A stretch of DNA of 64,000 nt. Origin: Trypanosoma brucei (taxonomy: Eukaryota). This document shows, one piece after another, positions 54,695 through 64,000 of this stretch. The notes under the pieces are model-generated. The model saw nothing but the letters and a program-made list of their open reading frames with translations, ran no database searches and was not told where the DNA came from. Position 1 is the stretch's first letter. Each line of letters starts with the position of its first letter. The stretch lies in NCBI GenBank assembly GCA_000002445.1, contig CP000067.1, forward strand, positions 576,001-640,000, given 5' to 3'. A program made the translations under genes and the position numbers.

Positions 54695-55117
54695 ATGACT
54701 CTTGCGGATACGCTACACCCCGTCTTCGTATTTATTCTCATCGTTAATGCCGTTTCCTGTGCATTTCCATTACTTTCACACCGTCTTGTGTTTTACCCCA
54801 TCGTGTTTGTGGCTCTCGGCCTGCTCTACGTGACTCTGCTGGTCTTACTAATGGGTGCAACAGTTATGATGCGAAATCAATCCTTTAGTGACCATCGTGT
54901 GAAGGAAAATACTCTCATAATAATTAAGCGAGATGTGAACATGACAACATGGATGGTGATATCAACTGTAGTTATGGTTGCTTGGATGTACTGCTGGGCC
55001 CGTCGCGTGTGGTTAGTGTATATTCTTCCCATGGTGGAGGAGTACAATGCGTTCAAAAGTCGACGTTGGGCCGATGCATTAGACTTACGGGGTCGTATGA
55101 AGCCGACTGTTTCATGA
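54695..55117 (+). CDS. Small hypothetical multi-pass membrane protein (140 aa, ~4 predicted TM segments)
   Basis: The ORF starts at an ATG and has 4 hydrophobic stretches. There is no homology I recognise, so it may be non-coding. Confidence 0.3.
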   Translation: MTLADTLHPVFVFILIVNAVSCAFPLLSHRLVFYPIVFVALGLLYVTLLVLLMGATVMMRNQSFSDHRVKENTLIIIKRDVNMTTWMVISTVVMVAWMYCWARRVWLVYILPMVEEYNAFKSRRWADALDLRGRMKPTVS

Positions 55118-55853
55118 TTGCAACTACATTTCTCCATTTGTGGTGGCACGTTGGTTTGAAATTGCCGCGGCTTTTGTGCATGTGTGCATGTGTATGTGTT
55201 GTTTGCATCCATCGCGTCATTGTGACCGAATATACGAAAAGGGCACTGTAAATGAAGAGTGGGGAGTGGCATTAGTGGCGGGTGTCCACAGAAATTTGTT
55301 GTGCACCGCGCTTCTCTGGTTGAGCACTTCTCCGTGAAGTTTTGGAACTAATTTGCTTTCCTCATTTTCTTCCTCGTTGGTGTTTCGTTGTCAAATGTTT
55401 CTTTTATTTCATATACCATTTCTGCTTATTGATTTCGTTAAGTTCAACATTTCGCCGCAAAGACGACGTTAGGTTTTTTGGGGCGGCGAAACTCAGGGTG
55501 ATCATTGGAGGTGTGACGGTGCCAAAAAGTAACCTTATTTTTTTGTCAAGCGGAGACCCTCTAACTCAGGCGTACTGGACACGACATTCAGGTGTGGAAG
55601 TGCACTTAATAGAGTACGCGTTCACACACACACACACACACGCATATATATATATATAATATACGTATTCAGTAAGTGATCAACAGCAACGCTGTGGTAC
55701 GCCACCCGCCGCTTCGGGTTCTCCGTGAGAGCACTGATACCCACAAGTAATAAAAGGGTTGACATATCAAACATCGTCGTCTCTTACGCTTTTGCCTCCA
55801 CTTCTTCGTTACCTTCCGCTTCTGGAAGCAGCAGATCGGTGAGCGTGGCGCGA

Positions 55854-57818
55854 ATGGCACGGCACCCCAACACGGCGATTGTGCTGCAACCCACCAATAG
55901 TGCCATTATCACTTTGGACTTATGTCTGCAACTCGGCGGCCCATCAGCACCGTTATGGCGGAAGAGCGTAGCAAGAGACGAGAATGAGGCAGCTGACAGA
56001 GCAATTGAGCGACTTAGGATTCTCATCGCGCAGTCCGCGGGGGACAAAAAGAGCAAAAAGACGTCACGCGAGGAGATTTTGAAGAATTGTCAGCCAATTG
56101 AAGTTCTTGGCGTGTCAAGCGAGGGGGAGCAGATCTTAAATGAAGAAAATGGCCTAACCAAGCTTGACACTTCTGTTTCCAATAAGGAATTCTGGAGGAA
56201 CGTCAGACAAATGTTGATTGGGTCAACTGTTGTGCCGGTTAAATACAACGTTCCCACCATTACTGCGGTAGTGCCACCCTCAGCGCTGTACGTGGGAGCC
56301 CCAGCAGTTTGCGCGGGCATCACAGCCCTCTTTACCACAGAGGTAGATGTTCAGTATGAATGGTGCGCACGCGCCGCTCCCAAGAGTCCTGCGGGCACGG
56401 GCGCTTCTTCTGATGCCACTGTGCGCGTAATCAGTACTAAACCCGTTTTTACTCCTACAACACGGGAGTTGGGTGAGTCGCTGTTTCTTCGCGTCCTACC
56501 GGAGCCGGGTTCAGATTTGTGCACACAAGTGGAGCTCCCTCAGGTTCGTGCCGAAGTGCCTCCAATGGATCGCTGGACTCAAACAAAGCAATCTGTGGAA
56601 GCACCGAGCTTTAGGATGGTTACGTACAACGTCTTGCACGAGGAGTTCTGTAGCACGAGTTCGGCAAAGAAAACCATTTATCCCTTCGCAACAGATGACA
56701 TTCTGTCGCTAGAGTACCGACAGAGCCGTATCGTGCAGGAACTTCTTGCATACAATGGTGATATTATCTGTTTGCAGGAATGCGGGAAAAAAGTGTACCA
56801 GCAATTTTTTTCCCGTGTTATGACTCAGTACGGCTATGAGGGATGCTATACAAACAAGAATGGTGGTGTAAGGGAGGGATGTGCATGTTTTTGGAGGCGC
56901 AGTAGATTCTTCCTGCAGGAAAAGGATGAATTTCCGCTCAACTGGTCAACGATGGAGAAGGAACATCCAGCTCTGGCAGCTGAGGTGACCCGTCATCCCG
57001 AGTTGAAGGAGGCGTTGGAGAATGTTACTTCGATTGGCGCCTTGGTATTACTGAAAGATAACGCGACAAACGAAGAGTTGGTGGTTGGGAACACGCATTT
57101 GTTCTATCATGCAAACGCCTGCCATATTCGGCTTCTACAGGTATACATGCTTCTTCACAAACTGAAGAGCCGCAGTGATTCGCGCAGGGGTGTTGTCTTA
57201 TGTGGGGACTTCAACTTTACCCACACAACGGGTGGCTACAAATTAGTGACTACGGGACGTACGGAGGCGTCACATCACTCGTGGGCGAAAGGGGAAGTGT
57301 TCCACTGGGGTTGTGACCGCATGTTAGGCATCAACGCCGCTGAGGGAGCGGGGGGGTCTGCGGAAGTTGAAACGGGTTTGGACGTGAGAAGGGGAAAGGG
57401 AGAATCTGCCACATGTGCTTCGAAAAACAATAAGAATGACACAAATAACAATAATGAGAGTAATGGCAATAGTGTAGATGCGAGCACATCATGTGCCGCA
57501 ACATCAGCTGATACTGGCGTTGCGTCAAGCGTAAAGGCTGATTACCGACCTCCATTTGATGTTTTCCGTGCGGACATGGAGGCACCAATGCAGTTCACAG
57601 ATGCGTATGGTGTAACGGATCCGGAAATGCCATGGACTAATTATACAATGACATTCCGTGAGGTTATTGACTACGTTTTCTTCAACCCAGACCGCCTGCT
57701 TGTCGTTCAGACAATTCCCATTCCACCAGAGAGTGAGCTGTCAGAAAATGTGGCTCTCCCGAACCGGAAGTACCCATCAGACCACGTTGCATTGATTGCC
57801 GATTTGTCGTACAAATAG
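55854..57818 (+). CDS. Endonuclease/exonuclease/phosphatase (EEP) family protein, CCR4/nocturnin/PDE12-like
   Basis: The EEP catalytic core is present: VTYNVLHEEF, IICLQECG, CACFWRR, VVGNTHLFYH, VLCGDFNFT and YPSDHVALIADL. The ORF-track start is GTG, so I moved it to the ATG at 55854. An Asn/Ser-rich low-complexity insertion (NNKNDTNNNNESNGNS) lies inside the domain. Confidence 0.7.
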   Translation: MARHPNTAIVLQPTNSAIITLDLCLQLGGPSAPLWRKSVARDENEAADRAIERLRILIAQSAGDKKSKKTSREEILKNCQPIEVLGVSSEGEQILNEENGLTKLDTSVSNKEFWRNVRQMLIGSTVVPVKYNVPTITAVVPPSALYVGAPAVCAGITALFTTEVDVQYEWCARAAPKSPAGTGASSDATVRVISTKPVFTPTTRELGESLFLRVLPEPGSDLCTQVELPQVRAEVPPMDRWTQTKQSVEAPSFRMVTYNVLHEEFCSTSSAKKTIYPFATDDILSLEYRQSRIVQELLAYNGDIICLQECGKKVYQQFFSRVMTQYGYEGCYTNKNGGVREGCACFWRRSRFFLQEKDEFPLNWSTMEKEHPALAAEVTRHPELKEALENVTSIGALVLLKDNATNEELVVGNTHLFYHANACHIRLLQVYMLLHKLKSRSDSRRGVVLCGDFNFTHTTGGYKLVTTGRTEASHHSWAKGEVFHWGCDRMLGINAAEGAGGSAEVETGLDVRRGKGESATCASKNNKNDTNNNNESNGNSVDASTSCAATSADTGVASSVKADYRPPFDVFRADMEAPMQFTDAYGVTDPEMPWTNYTMTFREVIDYVFFNPDRLLVVQTIPIPPESELSENVALPNRKYPSDHVALIADLSYK

Positions 57819-58810
57819 CTTCGGTTTGCAACTGCCGACATCCACGCGATATGGCGGAGCACGGGCATTCGAGGATGGAATAATGTGTGAGATGCGGCGT
57901 ATAAACATGATTTTCCGTTGAGATTTGTGCCTTGACGCTGAAGCGGAGTGTGGAAATGGTGTGGCCGCGGTATTTTGTCTGCCATGACAGCGTTAATGGT
58001 AATATGTCCCCTAGTTGGGCATTATTTGTGGCTATTGGAAAGTTTGTTGATGATTGGAGGCGACGAGCTAATGGGTTTTATTTCTTCACGGAACTGATAG
58101 TACCGCTGGAGATGGTCACGGGATTTATTGAGGGGTACAGTTGTGACAAGGACGGGAATCTAACCCTTTCTCTTTCTAAAAGAAACATATTGGAACACCG
58201 GCGGATGCCAAACACCTGCCGGTCACTTTCGTGATGGGTAACAAGCAGTTTGTACGTAGCTATCATCTACCTGTGAAATGAACAACCGTTATGTTGAAGT
58301 CACTTTGATTTTACAATCTGTTGCGCACTCAGAGAAAAGAGGGTAAGTGGCAGTACCCTTCTAAATTGTGGCGGTCTCCTCTTGGCTCGAGGTACACTTA
58401 ACGTATCAACTTAGCGGGATATGTATTTCTCACACAGTAAGTGTATTTTTACGGTTAGACGTGCCTTTATTTTCAGCCAATGTGCTGTCCAACGTTCCGT
58501 CTTGAGTGGCGGAGGTTGGGACTGGTGGTTGGTAGGGATTCATAACCCCGTCGTGCGTCGTGTGAGTAATCATGATTCTTTTTTGTTGTTGTTGTTTTTG
58601 CCGGGTGTCGATGCAAGGAGGAACAAGGTGTCCTCACGTACTTTCTTTTTTTAAAAAAAAAAAATCTTGTCAACGACCCTCCTCTTTTATATGTTTCTTT
58701 TTTTTGGGGGGGGGGGAAGTGCCCGAGGGCCCCGACAAGTTAACGGGGAAAAGGAAAAAAAGTGAAAGGGTGGGAAAGGGCAGAAGGAGGCGGAAGGAAC
58801 ATTCGCCACC

Positions 58811-59965
58811 ATGTTTTCACAAACGCGCTGTTCCGCATGCATCGGGAAAGAGCTGTACAGCAGGGCGTCGACACTTCCACGCGACTTTTACGAAGCGTGC
58901 GCGAAGCACTTCGGCATTAAGATGCATCAAGAGACATTTATTGGTGTGCGGTCCTCACAGATCCGAGGGTTGTTTCTAAGCCCCAGCATTAATAAACCGC
59001 TAGAGGCAAACAAACCCATTGCAACCATTCCTCTTAGTAGTCTATACACAGTGACGAATATCCACACTAAACCAGACACACTGCACCATGTGACACTAAG
59101 CAATGTTCGTGACGCAATACGTGATGTTGAATTCAAAGCGATGACGTCACAGTTCTACCTTGGTCTGCAAATGAGTGCAATTATAAGCTCACTTCCAGAC
59201 ATAACACGAGCTCAGAATGCGGAAGAGATGGAGCGCATCACGCAGATTCTTCGCGGGGGTGCCATGCCTTGGGTGCGATTAATTGATGATGAAGATTTCA
59301 ATGAGCAGTTCGTCTTCGGCATGTACGGTATGGCGCTAGACAGCTGGCAGCGGCAGAGCTACGAGGAAATGACTAAAGTGTTCCATCGCAACATTACCTC
59401 CATCCACGAAAAGACAAACCCACCCTTCTCCGTTGATACATTTAGGCGCATCACCCGACTGATACTTGCGCGGGCAGAACACTTTCCACCACTGGAATAT
59501 TACAACGGTTCCGTGTTGTGGCGTCGTGTCCTCCGTTTCGTGCGGCGCTGGTCCAAAATTCCAGAACCTTCAGAACTGTGCCTCGTGCCACTATTGGATC
59601 TGGTAAATCATTCCAATCGGCCAAATTGTGCCATCCGTATTGGGCCCAGTGCTGCCATGGATGGCCGTCCCGCCATCACGATTTACTCCATTGCACGCAT
59701 TAACCCCGGACAGGAGATTTGCAGACACTACAACTTCGCTATCAACAGGCCTAACGCACTTTTTCGTTATGGGTTCCTTCCTTTTGATCTTATTTCTATT
59801 GTGGAACATGACGCCATTGATGAGTATTTGGTGAAGAATCAGCATATGTTACGCGAAGAAACTGAGGAGGCCCAAATCAAACGTGCGAAGGAACGGGCGG
59901 AGCTCCAGCGGCTCGAGCAAATCTTTCAAAAAGCCCGCTCAGGGAGTGTGCCAGCGGATTCGTAA
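58811..59965 (+). CDS. SET-domain protein, a putative protein lysine methyltransferase (SETD/LSMT-like)
   Basis: CLVPLLDLVNHSNRPNC is followed by GQEICRHYNF, a SET NH-motif plus C-terminal Tyr-containing segment. The start is an ATG. Confidence 0.65.
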   Translation: MFSQTRCSACIGKELYSRASTLPRDFYEACAKHFGIKMHQETFIGVRSSQIRGLFLSPSINKPLEANKPIATIPLSSLYTVTNIHTKPDTLHHVTLSNVRDAIRDVEFKAMTSQFYLGLQMSAIISSLPDITRAQNAEEMERITQILRGGAMPWVRLIDDEDFNEQFVFGMYGMALDSWQRQSYEEMTKVFHRNITSIHEKTNPPFSVDTFRRITRLILARAEHFPPLEYYNGSVLWRRVLRFVRRWSKIPEPSELCLVPLLDLVNHSNRPNCAIRIGPSAAMDGRPAITIYSIARINPGQEICRHYNFAINRPNALFRYGFLPFDLISIVEHDAIDEYLVKNQHMLREETEEAQIKRAKERAELQRLEQIFQKARSGSVPADS

Positions 59966-60839
59966 GTGTGTGCACGTGTCAAAATATTTTAAAAAAAGAA
60001 TTCAGGGGGTGCCACCGCGTCTATGATTATGTTTGATGTTGTTATTGTTGGCTGAACTTGTATTTGTGTATTGTATTCTGTGGTAGTTCTCCATATGATG
60101 GCTTAGCGCGCATTTATTTGCCGTGCTTTCGGTCACCGAAGGCGTAAACTTTGGATACCGCTGTGAGTTGTTTTTGGTGTTGTGTTACCTTATGGAATGT
60201 TGTTGAAACGGCACACTTCTTGCATTTATCGTTCGTTCAGGTAATTGCTTGCACGCAAGTAACAGTAACGTCATTGGTGTTTGTGTTGAGGGATTTTGGC
60301 GGCTCAAAGATGTGGAGTATCGTCAATTCACAACGGTTGCATGGGTTTTTCTGGTAACCTCCGCGTTTGCCTCCCGTGTGATTCGATCTTTTTTTCTCCA
60401 CAATGCTTTTGCCATTGCAACACAAAGCTGCCGCATGCGTCCGTTAGCAGCGTATACAAATTTCCCCTCTATGATGTGAGTCTTTTTCTTTTTTTCTTAA
60501 AAAATAAAAGTTCGTTGTCCCCCTCTTTTGCTTACCCGACACACTGTTAGAGAGACATGGAATTATGTGCTTCTGCTTTTCTCTCCTACCAACTATGAGG
60601 CTGTTAAGTTTTTGATCAACTTTTTTGCCAGTGAACTAACGTCGCGCGAGTTTAAACAGGTGTAATAAAAAGAAAAAAAGGACAAAATAAAAAAAAGGTT
60701 AAAGTCAACCTCTCACACAAGGAAAATACACGCTGAAGGACAGAGGAGGAAACAACGTTAACATATAACAACGACACCAACAATAACATCAAAGAAGGAA
60801 AGAAGAGCAGCAAATAATTTATTTTTGGCGCACTCACAC

Positions 60840-62081
60840 ATGACGATGAAGCGCCCTTCTTTTCTTCTTGTGAGCCTTTTGTTTTTGGCAATTGGCAGCA
60901 CTGTCATAGAAGCCTTCCCCTTCACAGCCTCCTCTGGTGTTGTGGAGCTAACCCCTGCGACTTTCAACAGCTTCCTCGGCTCTCACAAACCCGTTTTTAT
61001 CCTTTTCTACGCACCGTGGTGTGGGCACTGCAAGCGCCTTCACCCGGAGTGGGAAAAGTTTGCCAAATCTGTCGAGGGAATTGTTCGTGTGGGTGCTGTG
61101 AATGCCGATGAGCACCAGCAACTTGGCCAACAATTCAACCTGCGCGGTTTCCCTACGGTTAAGTTTTGGGGTTTGGGAGAAAAGCGTGCCAATGCAGCTA
61201 TGGACTACGCCGGTGAGCGCAGCGCGGGAGCCATTCAATCGCAAGCCATCAGTCTCATCAATGCACCAGGAATCAAGACGGTGAAAAAAGCTGAGGAGCT
61301 ACGCGAGGCGGCTCAGGCGGCACCAGAGAAGAAGGCTGTTGTACTATTCAGTGCTAAAAGCCGCGTGCCGCCAATTTATGCCGTTCTTTCGCTCTCACCC
61401 CGACTCAAGTCGATGCCGTTTTACTTTGCAGGGGAGCAAGAAAAGTCTGGATTCGCTTCAGAATTTGGCGTAAGTAAACTTCCAGCCATTGTTGTCCTCA
61501 ACACCACCGCTGGCGAAGTGAAGCCGGTGATATACCCGGGGAAGAAAGTTGCTTATGAGCCCATTGCAAAGTTTTTACTGGCCTGTGCAAACGATGCTTA
61601 CGATGAGGCTAACTTCTCCTTGGAGGGTGGTGAGAGTGAGCAAGCTACAAAGAAGGGTGCTGCAAAGTTGGCGCTGCCAGTCCGGCCGCTCCCCGCGTCA
61701 GCTCATGGTCTCGAGAATTTTTGCTCCCCTGACGCACGGAAGAAGGCTGAGCGAACGCCACTGTGTGTGATTTCACTCACTTCTGAGTTTTCGCTTAACG
61801 ACGTGCATAAAACCTTCAGCAATGAGCCACTTGTTTTCTTCGAGGCTGGGGATGCTCGTGATATCCTTCTTGGGGCCCTTCGGGGAAAGCTGGGACTAGA
61901 GAAGATTGCAGACAAACTGAAGGACGACAAGGAACACAACGCACTTCTGCTTCGCGCCTCCAAGCAGGGCACCGTACACTACAGACTCGTTGGAGGCGTA
62001 AACACAGCTGAAACTCTCAGCTCAGTCTTACAAATGGTTGTATCAGGCGAGATATCCCTCACGAAGGAGCAGCCGAAGTAA
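60840..62081 (+). CDS. Protein disulfide isomerase-like thioredoxin-domain protein with an N-terminal signal peptide
   Basis: The thioredoxin active site is FYAPWCGHCKRL. A signal-like N-terminus is MTMKRPSFLLVSLLFLAIGSTVIEA. The ORF-track start is TTG, so I moved it to the ATG at 60840. Confidence 0.75.
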   Translation: MTMKRPSFLLVSLLFLAIGSTVIEAFPFTASSGVVELTPATFNSFLGSHKPVFILFYAPWCGHCKRLHPEWEKFAKSVEGIVRVGAVNADEHQQLGQQFNLRGFPTVKFWGLGEKRANAAMDYAGERSAGAIQSQAISLINAPGIKTVKKAEELREAAQAAPEKKAVVLFSAKSRVPPIYAVLSLSPRLKSMPFYFAGEQEKSGFASEFGVSKLPAIVVLNTTAGEVKPVIYPGKKVAYEPIAKFLLACANDAYDEANFSLEGGESEQATKKGAAKLALPVRPLPASAHGLENFCSPDARKKAERTPLCVISLTSEFSLNDVHKTFSNEPLVFFEAGDARDILLGALRGKLGLEKIADKLKDDKEHNALLLRASKQGTVHYRLVGGVNTAETLSSVLQMVVSGEISLTKEQPK

Positions 62082-63438
62082 CTTGTTGGAATGGAATGCA
62101 TCGTAACGGTGCCACCGGATTTGAGTGACGGTGCCAGTTGCTGCAAACTTTGGAACAGGTGCGGTTGTGGTGTATCTTCTTGTGCGCTAGACTGTCCATG
62201 ATGGGCGCAAGAGAAATCGAACAGGGGACAGCCGTGGGGAACAATAAATCAAGACGAAAAAAAAGGAACCGAGTCGAAAGCGTTGAACCTGCAACGATTA
62301 CTTCTTGGGAGTAAACGAAGCATGCGGTTTAAAAAAAAAAAGAAACAAGAGTATGATGGGACGAGTGGAGAAAGGTCTTAACCATGTTTTCCACACACAC
62401 ACACACTTTCCATGCTCTCTGTTCTCGCTTCTTTCTTTGATATTTCCATTTGCGGCTTTTTGCTGTTCAGCCCCTCGTGTGTGCATCAGCTCCTGTCGCT
62501 CAGTAAAGTGTATGTTTGCCAACGGAAGGGAAGTTCACCGAATGAAAGTGCCGATGGAACCGGTTTCCGACAGCGTGACGGGTGTTACCTTGATGATAAA
62601 GAAGAGAAGTAAAGGAGAAGAGATGCACAGAAACCGAAAGAAAAAAACGAAGATATGTTAGGTACACCTCTGTCAATGATATTATTATTATTACTCCTAT
62701 TATTGTCTTATTTTATTACTGTCTCTATTTTCTGTTTCACAAAGTGCACAACCGGCTACAGTACTCCATAACCGGGCCGGAACTGTCGTGTGCTCAACAA
62801 CTTACCACTCTGGCTCTCCCATAAATTTTCACTTTCCTTATACCCGAGTTTCCAATCACTCACGTGTCAATGTATATCCTTCTCTTTTTTTCTTCTGTTT
62901 TACTTTACTAACATTTTTTTTTTGATTTAGCTTCTCACCGTCCCTCTCACGTCCTCCTCCTGCGGGAGAAATTCTCATTCGCCTCCTTATACTCTTCGTT
63001 CGGGTTTATTACCAGTTCGAATTACGAAGTGTCGGAAGGCGGATCTTGGAACTGCGTAAGGGACGAAAGAAGAAAGAGAGGACCCTCCAAAATTGGCGCA
63101 CAACCTTTGAAGAGATCGCTGCGTACAGTCATACCATTGTGTCATTTTGTTGTTGCTATTATTGTCCCGCAAATTTGGCTCCTTTGCTTTGTTGGTAAAC
63201 TTCCCTTACGCGGGTGGGTGCTATATAATACACCGAAGAGATCGCCAACTTAGGAAGAAAAGAAGAAAGGAAGAGGTAAAGAGATAGCGAGAGAAAGGGG
63301 GAGTAGTTGGAGAGAGTTCCGTGCTGTAAGAACGACGATAGAAGAATAACGTTTTGTTTTTCCCCCTCCTTTATAAACACGGTTTACACGCAAACAAATA
63401 AGAAAAAGAGGGAGGAGGAAGCTGAAAGAGTGGAAGGT

Positions 63439-64000
63439 ATGGGTGCTTGCATAGCCGCACTAAGAGGGAAGGTCGCGGGTAAAACAAATGATTCACACGG
63501 GATTAGCGACCAGTCGCTGCCGACCGCGGAGAGTACAGATGATAGTGTCAACAACCGTAATGGAAAGTTCAATAAATGCATCCGTGGAGAAGAGAGCATT
63601 TCCTCGGGGGATATGCACGGCAAAGAGGGCAGCGACTTAAGTAAGTCGCTAACGAGTTTATGGGGGGTTCTCTCCAAAACAGAATTTGCTGACTTCTTTC
63701 GAGCACATCCCGAATTGTTGAAGTCCAATTCAGCTGCCGTCATGTGCACTGGCGCGTTTCGTCCCGGAGAACTTGTCGGGGCTTATTGCGTAGTGAAGGA
63801 ACTTCCAGGGGGAACGGTGGGTCGAAGTTTTTTGGTTAAAGCTGTGGACGACAGTGGCCCACCGACGCCCACCGTCACGACACCTGAGGTTGAAGATTCT
63901 GGTAAACGGGAGTTTGTGTTTAAGGTGATGACATTTATTAACCGTAAGAACTTGGTGGAACCGGTATTAGACGATAAGAGGGCTCTTATGAACCTGACAG
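63439..64000 (+). CDS. 3'-truncated ORF, open to the window end. It has an N-terminal dual-acylation motif (MGxC...) and may be protein-kinase-like.
   Basis: From the ATG at 63439 there is no stop to nt 64000. The N-terminus MGACIAAL has Gly2 (myristoylation) and Cys4 (palmitoylation). GGTVGRSFLV...REFVFKVM loosely resembles a kinase Gly-loop and VAIK region. Confidence 0.3.
   Translation, partial: MGACIAALRGKVAGKTNDSHGISDQSLPTAESTDDSVNNRNGKFNKCIRGEESISSGDMHGKEGSDLSKSLTSLWGVLSKTEFADFFRAHPELLKSNSAAVMCTGAFRPGELVGAYCVVKELPGGTVGRSFLVKAVDDSGPPTPTVTTPEVEDSGKREFVFKVMTFINRKNLVEPVLDDKRALMNLT

Noticed and set aside
57956-58234. 92 aa ORF (MVWPRYFVCHDS...) between the EEP nuclease and SET genes
   Set aside because: It has no homology and no clear polyY/AG context of its own. 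It is more likely part of the SET gene's 5' flank, so I did not report it as a feature.
63005-63030. tRNA T-loop-like string agttcgaatt
   Set aside because: The flanking sequence cannot form an acceptor or T stem. No other tRNA hallmarks (GTGGC, TAG D-loop, CCA-adjacent stem) are present. No tRNA genes are expected inside a polycistronic unit.
1-64000. Prokaryotic-style features (CRISPR arrays, operons, defence islands, RBS, rho-independent terminators)
   Set aside because: Gene content, the absence of Shine-Dalgarno context, long spacers with polyY tracts and the eukaryotic protein families (centrin, twinfilin, EHD, Prp43, Kelch, SET) all identify a kinetoplastid nuclear locus. No direct-repeat and spacer arrays are present.

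Overview
The window reads as a nuclear chromosome segment from a kinetoplastid. It most resembles Trypanosoma, possibly the T. cruzi clade, but the species is not certain. The sequence shows dense, intron-less genes all on the + strand, with no strand switch, as in a polycistronic unit. Genes are separated by 0.8-3.8 kb intergenic regions containing polypyrimidine tracts, purine-rich blocks, microsatellites ((TG)n, (TA)n, (GA)n, (TTTA)n) and G or C homopolymer runs of 10 or more. I support about 27 protein-coding genes, two of them truncated by the window edges. They are a TPR + J-domain co-chaperone, an ALG2 mannosyltransferase, a class IV aminotransferase-fold protein, a centrin, a histone-fold protein of the NC2alpha/Dpb3/NF-YC type, a THT-like hexose transporter, an asparaginyl-tRNA synthetase, a mitochondrial bL32-like protein, a twinfilin-like protein, an EHD-family ATPase, a Prp43/DHX15-like DEAH-box helicase, a Kelch beta-propeller protein, a GH65 glycoside phosphorylase with a fused HAD-like domain, a CCR4/nocturnin/PDE12-like nuclease, a SET-domain protein, a PDI-like thioredoxin protein and several hypothetical proteins. 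Many starts in the ORF track are TTG or GTG, so I moved those starts to the first plausible in-frame ATG downstream of a polypyrimidine tract and AG acceptor. I found no rRNA, tRNA, SL-RNA, CRISPR, prokaryotic operon or retroelement signatures. The most notable structural signal is a near-identical ~332 bp element in the 3' flanks of ALG2 and the hexose transporter, 16 kb apart. Other points of interest are a 3.8 kb gene-free microsatellite tract, a histone-fold protein, an EHD-like ATPase with a Q/P-rich prion-like tail in place of an EH domain, and a GH65-HAD fusion whose HAD nucleophile motif looks degenerate. All functional calls rest on motif recognition by eye, not database searches.
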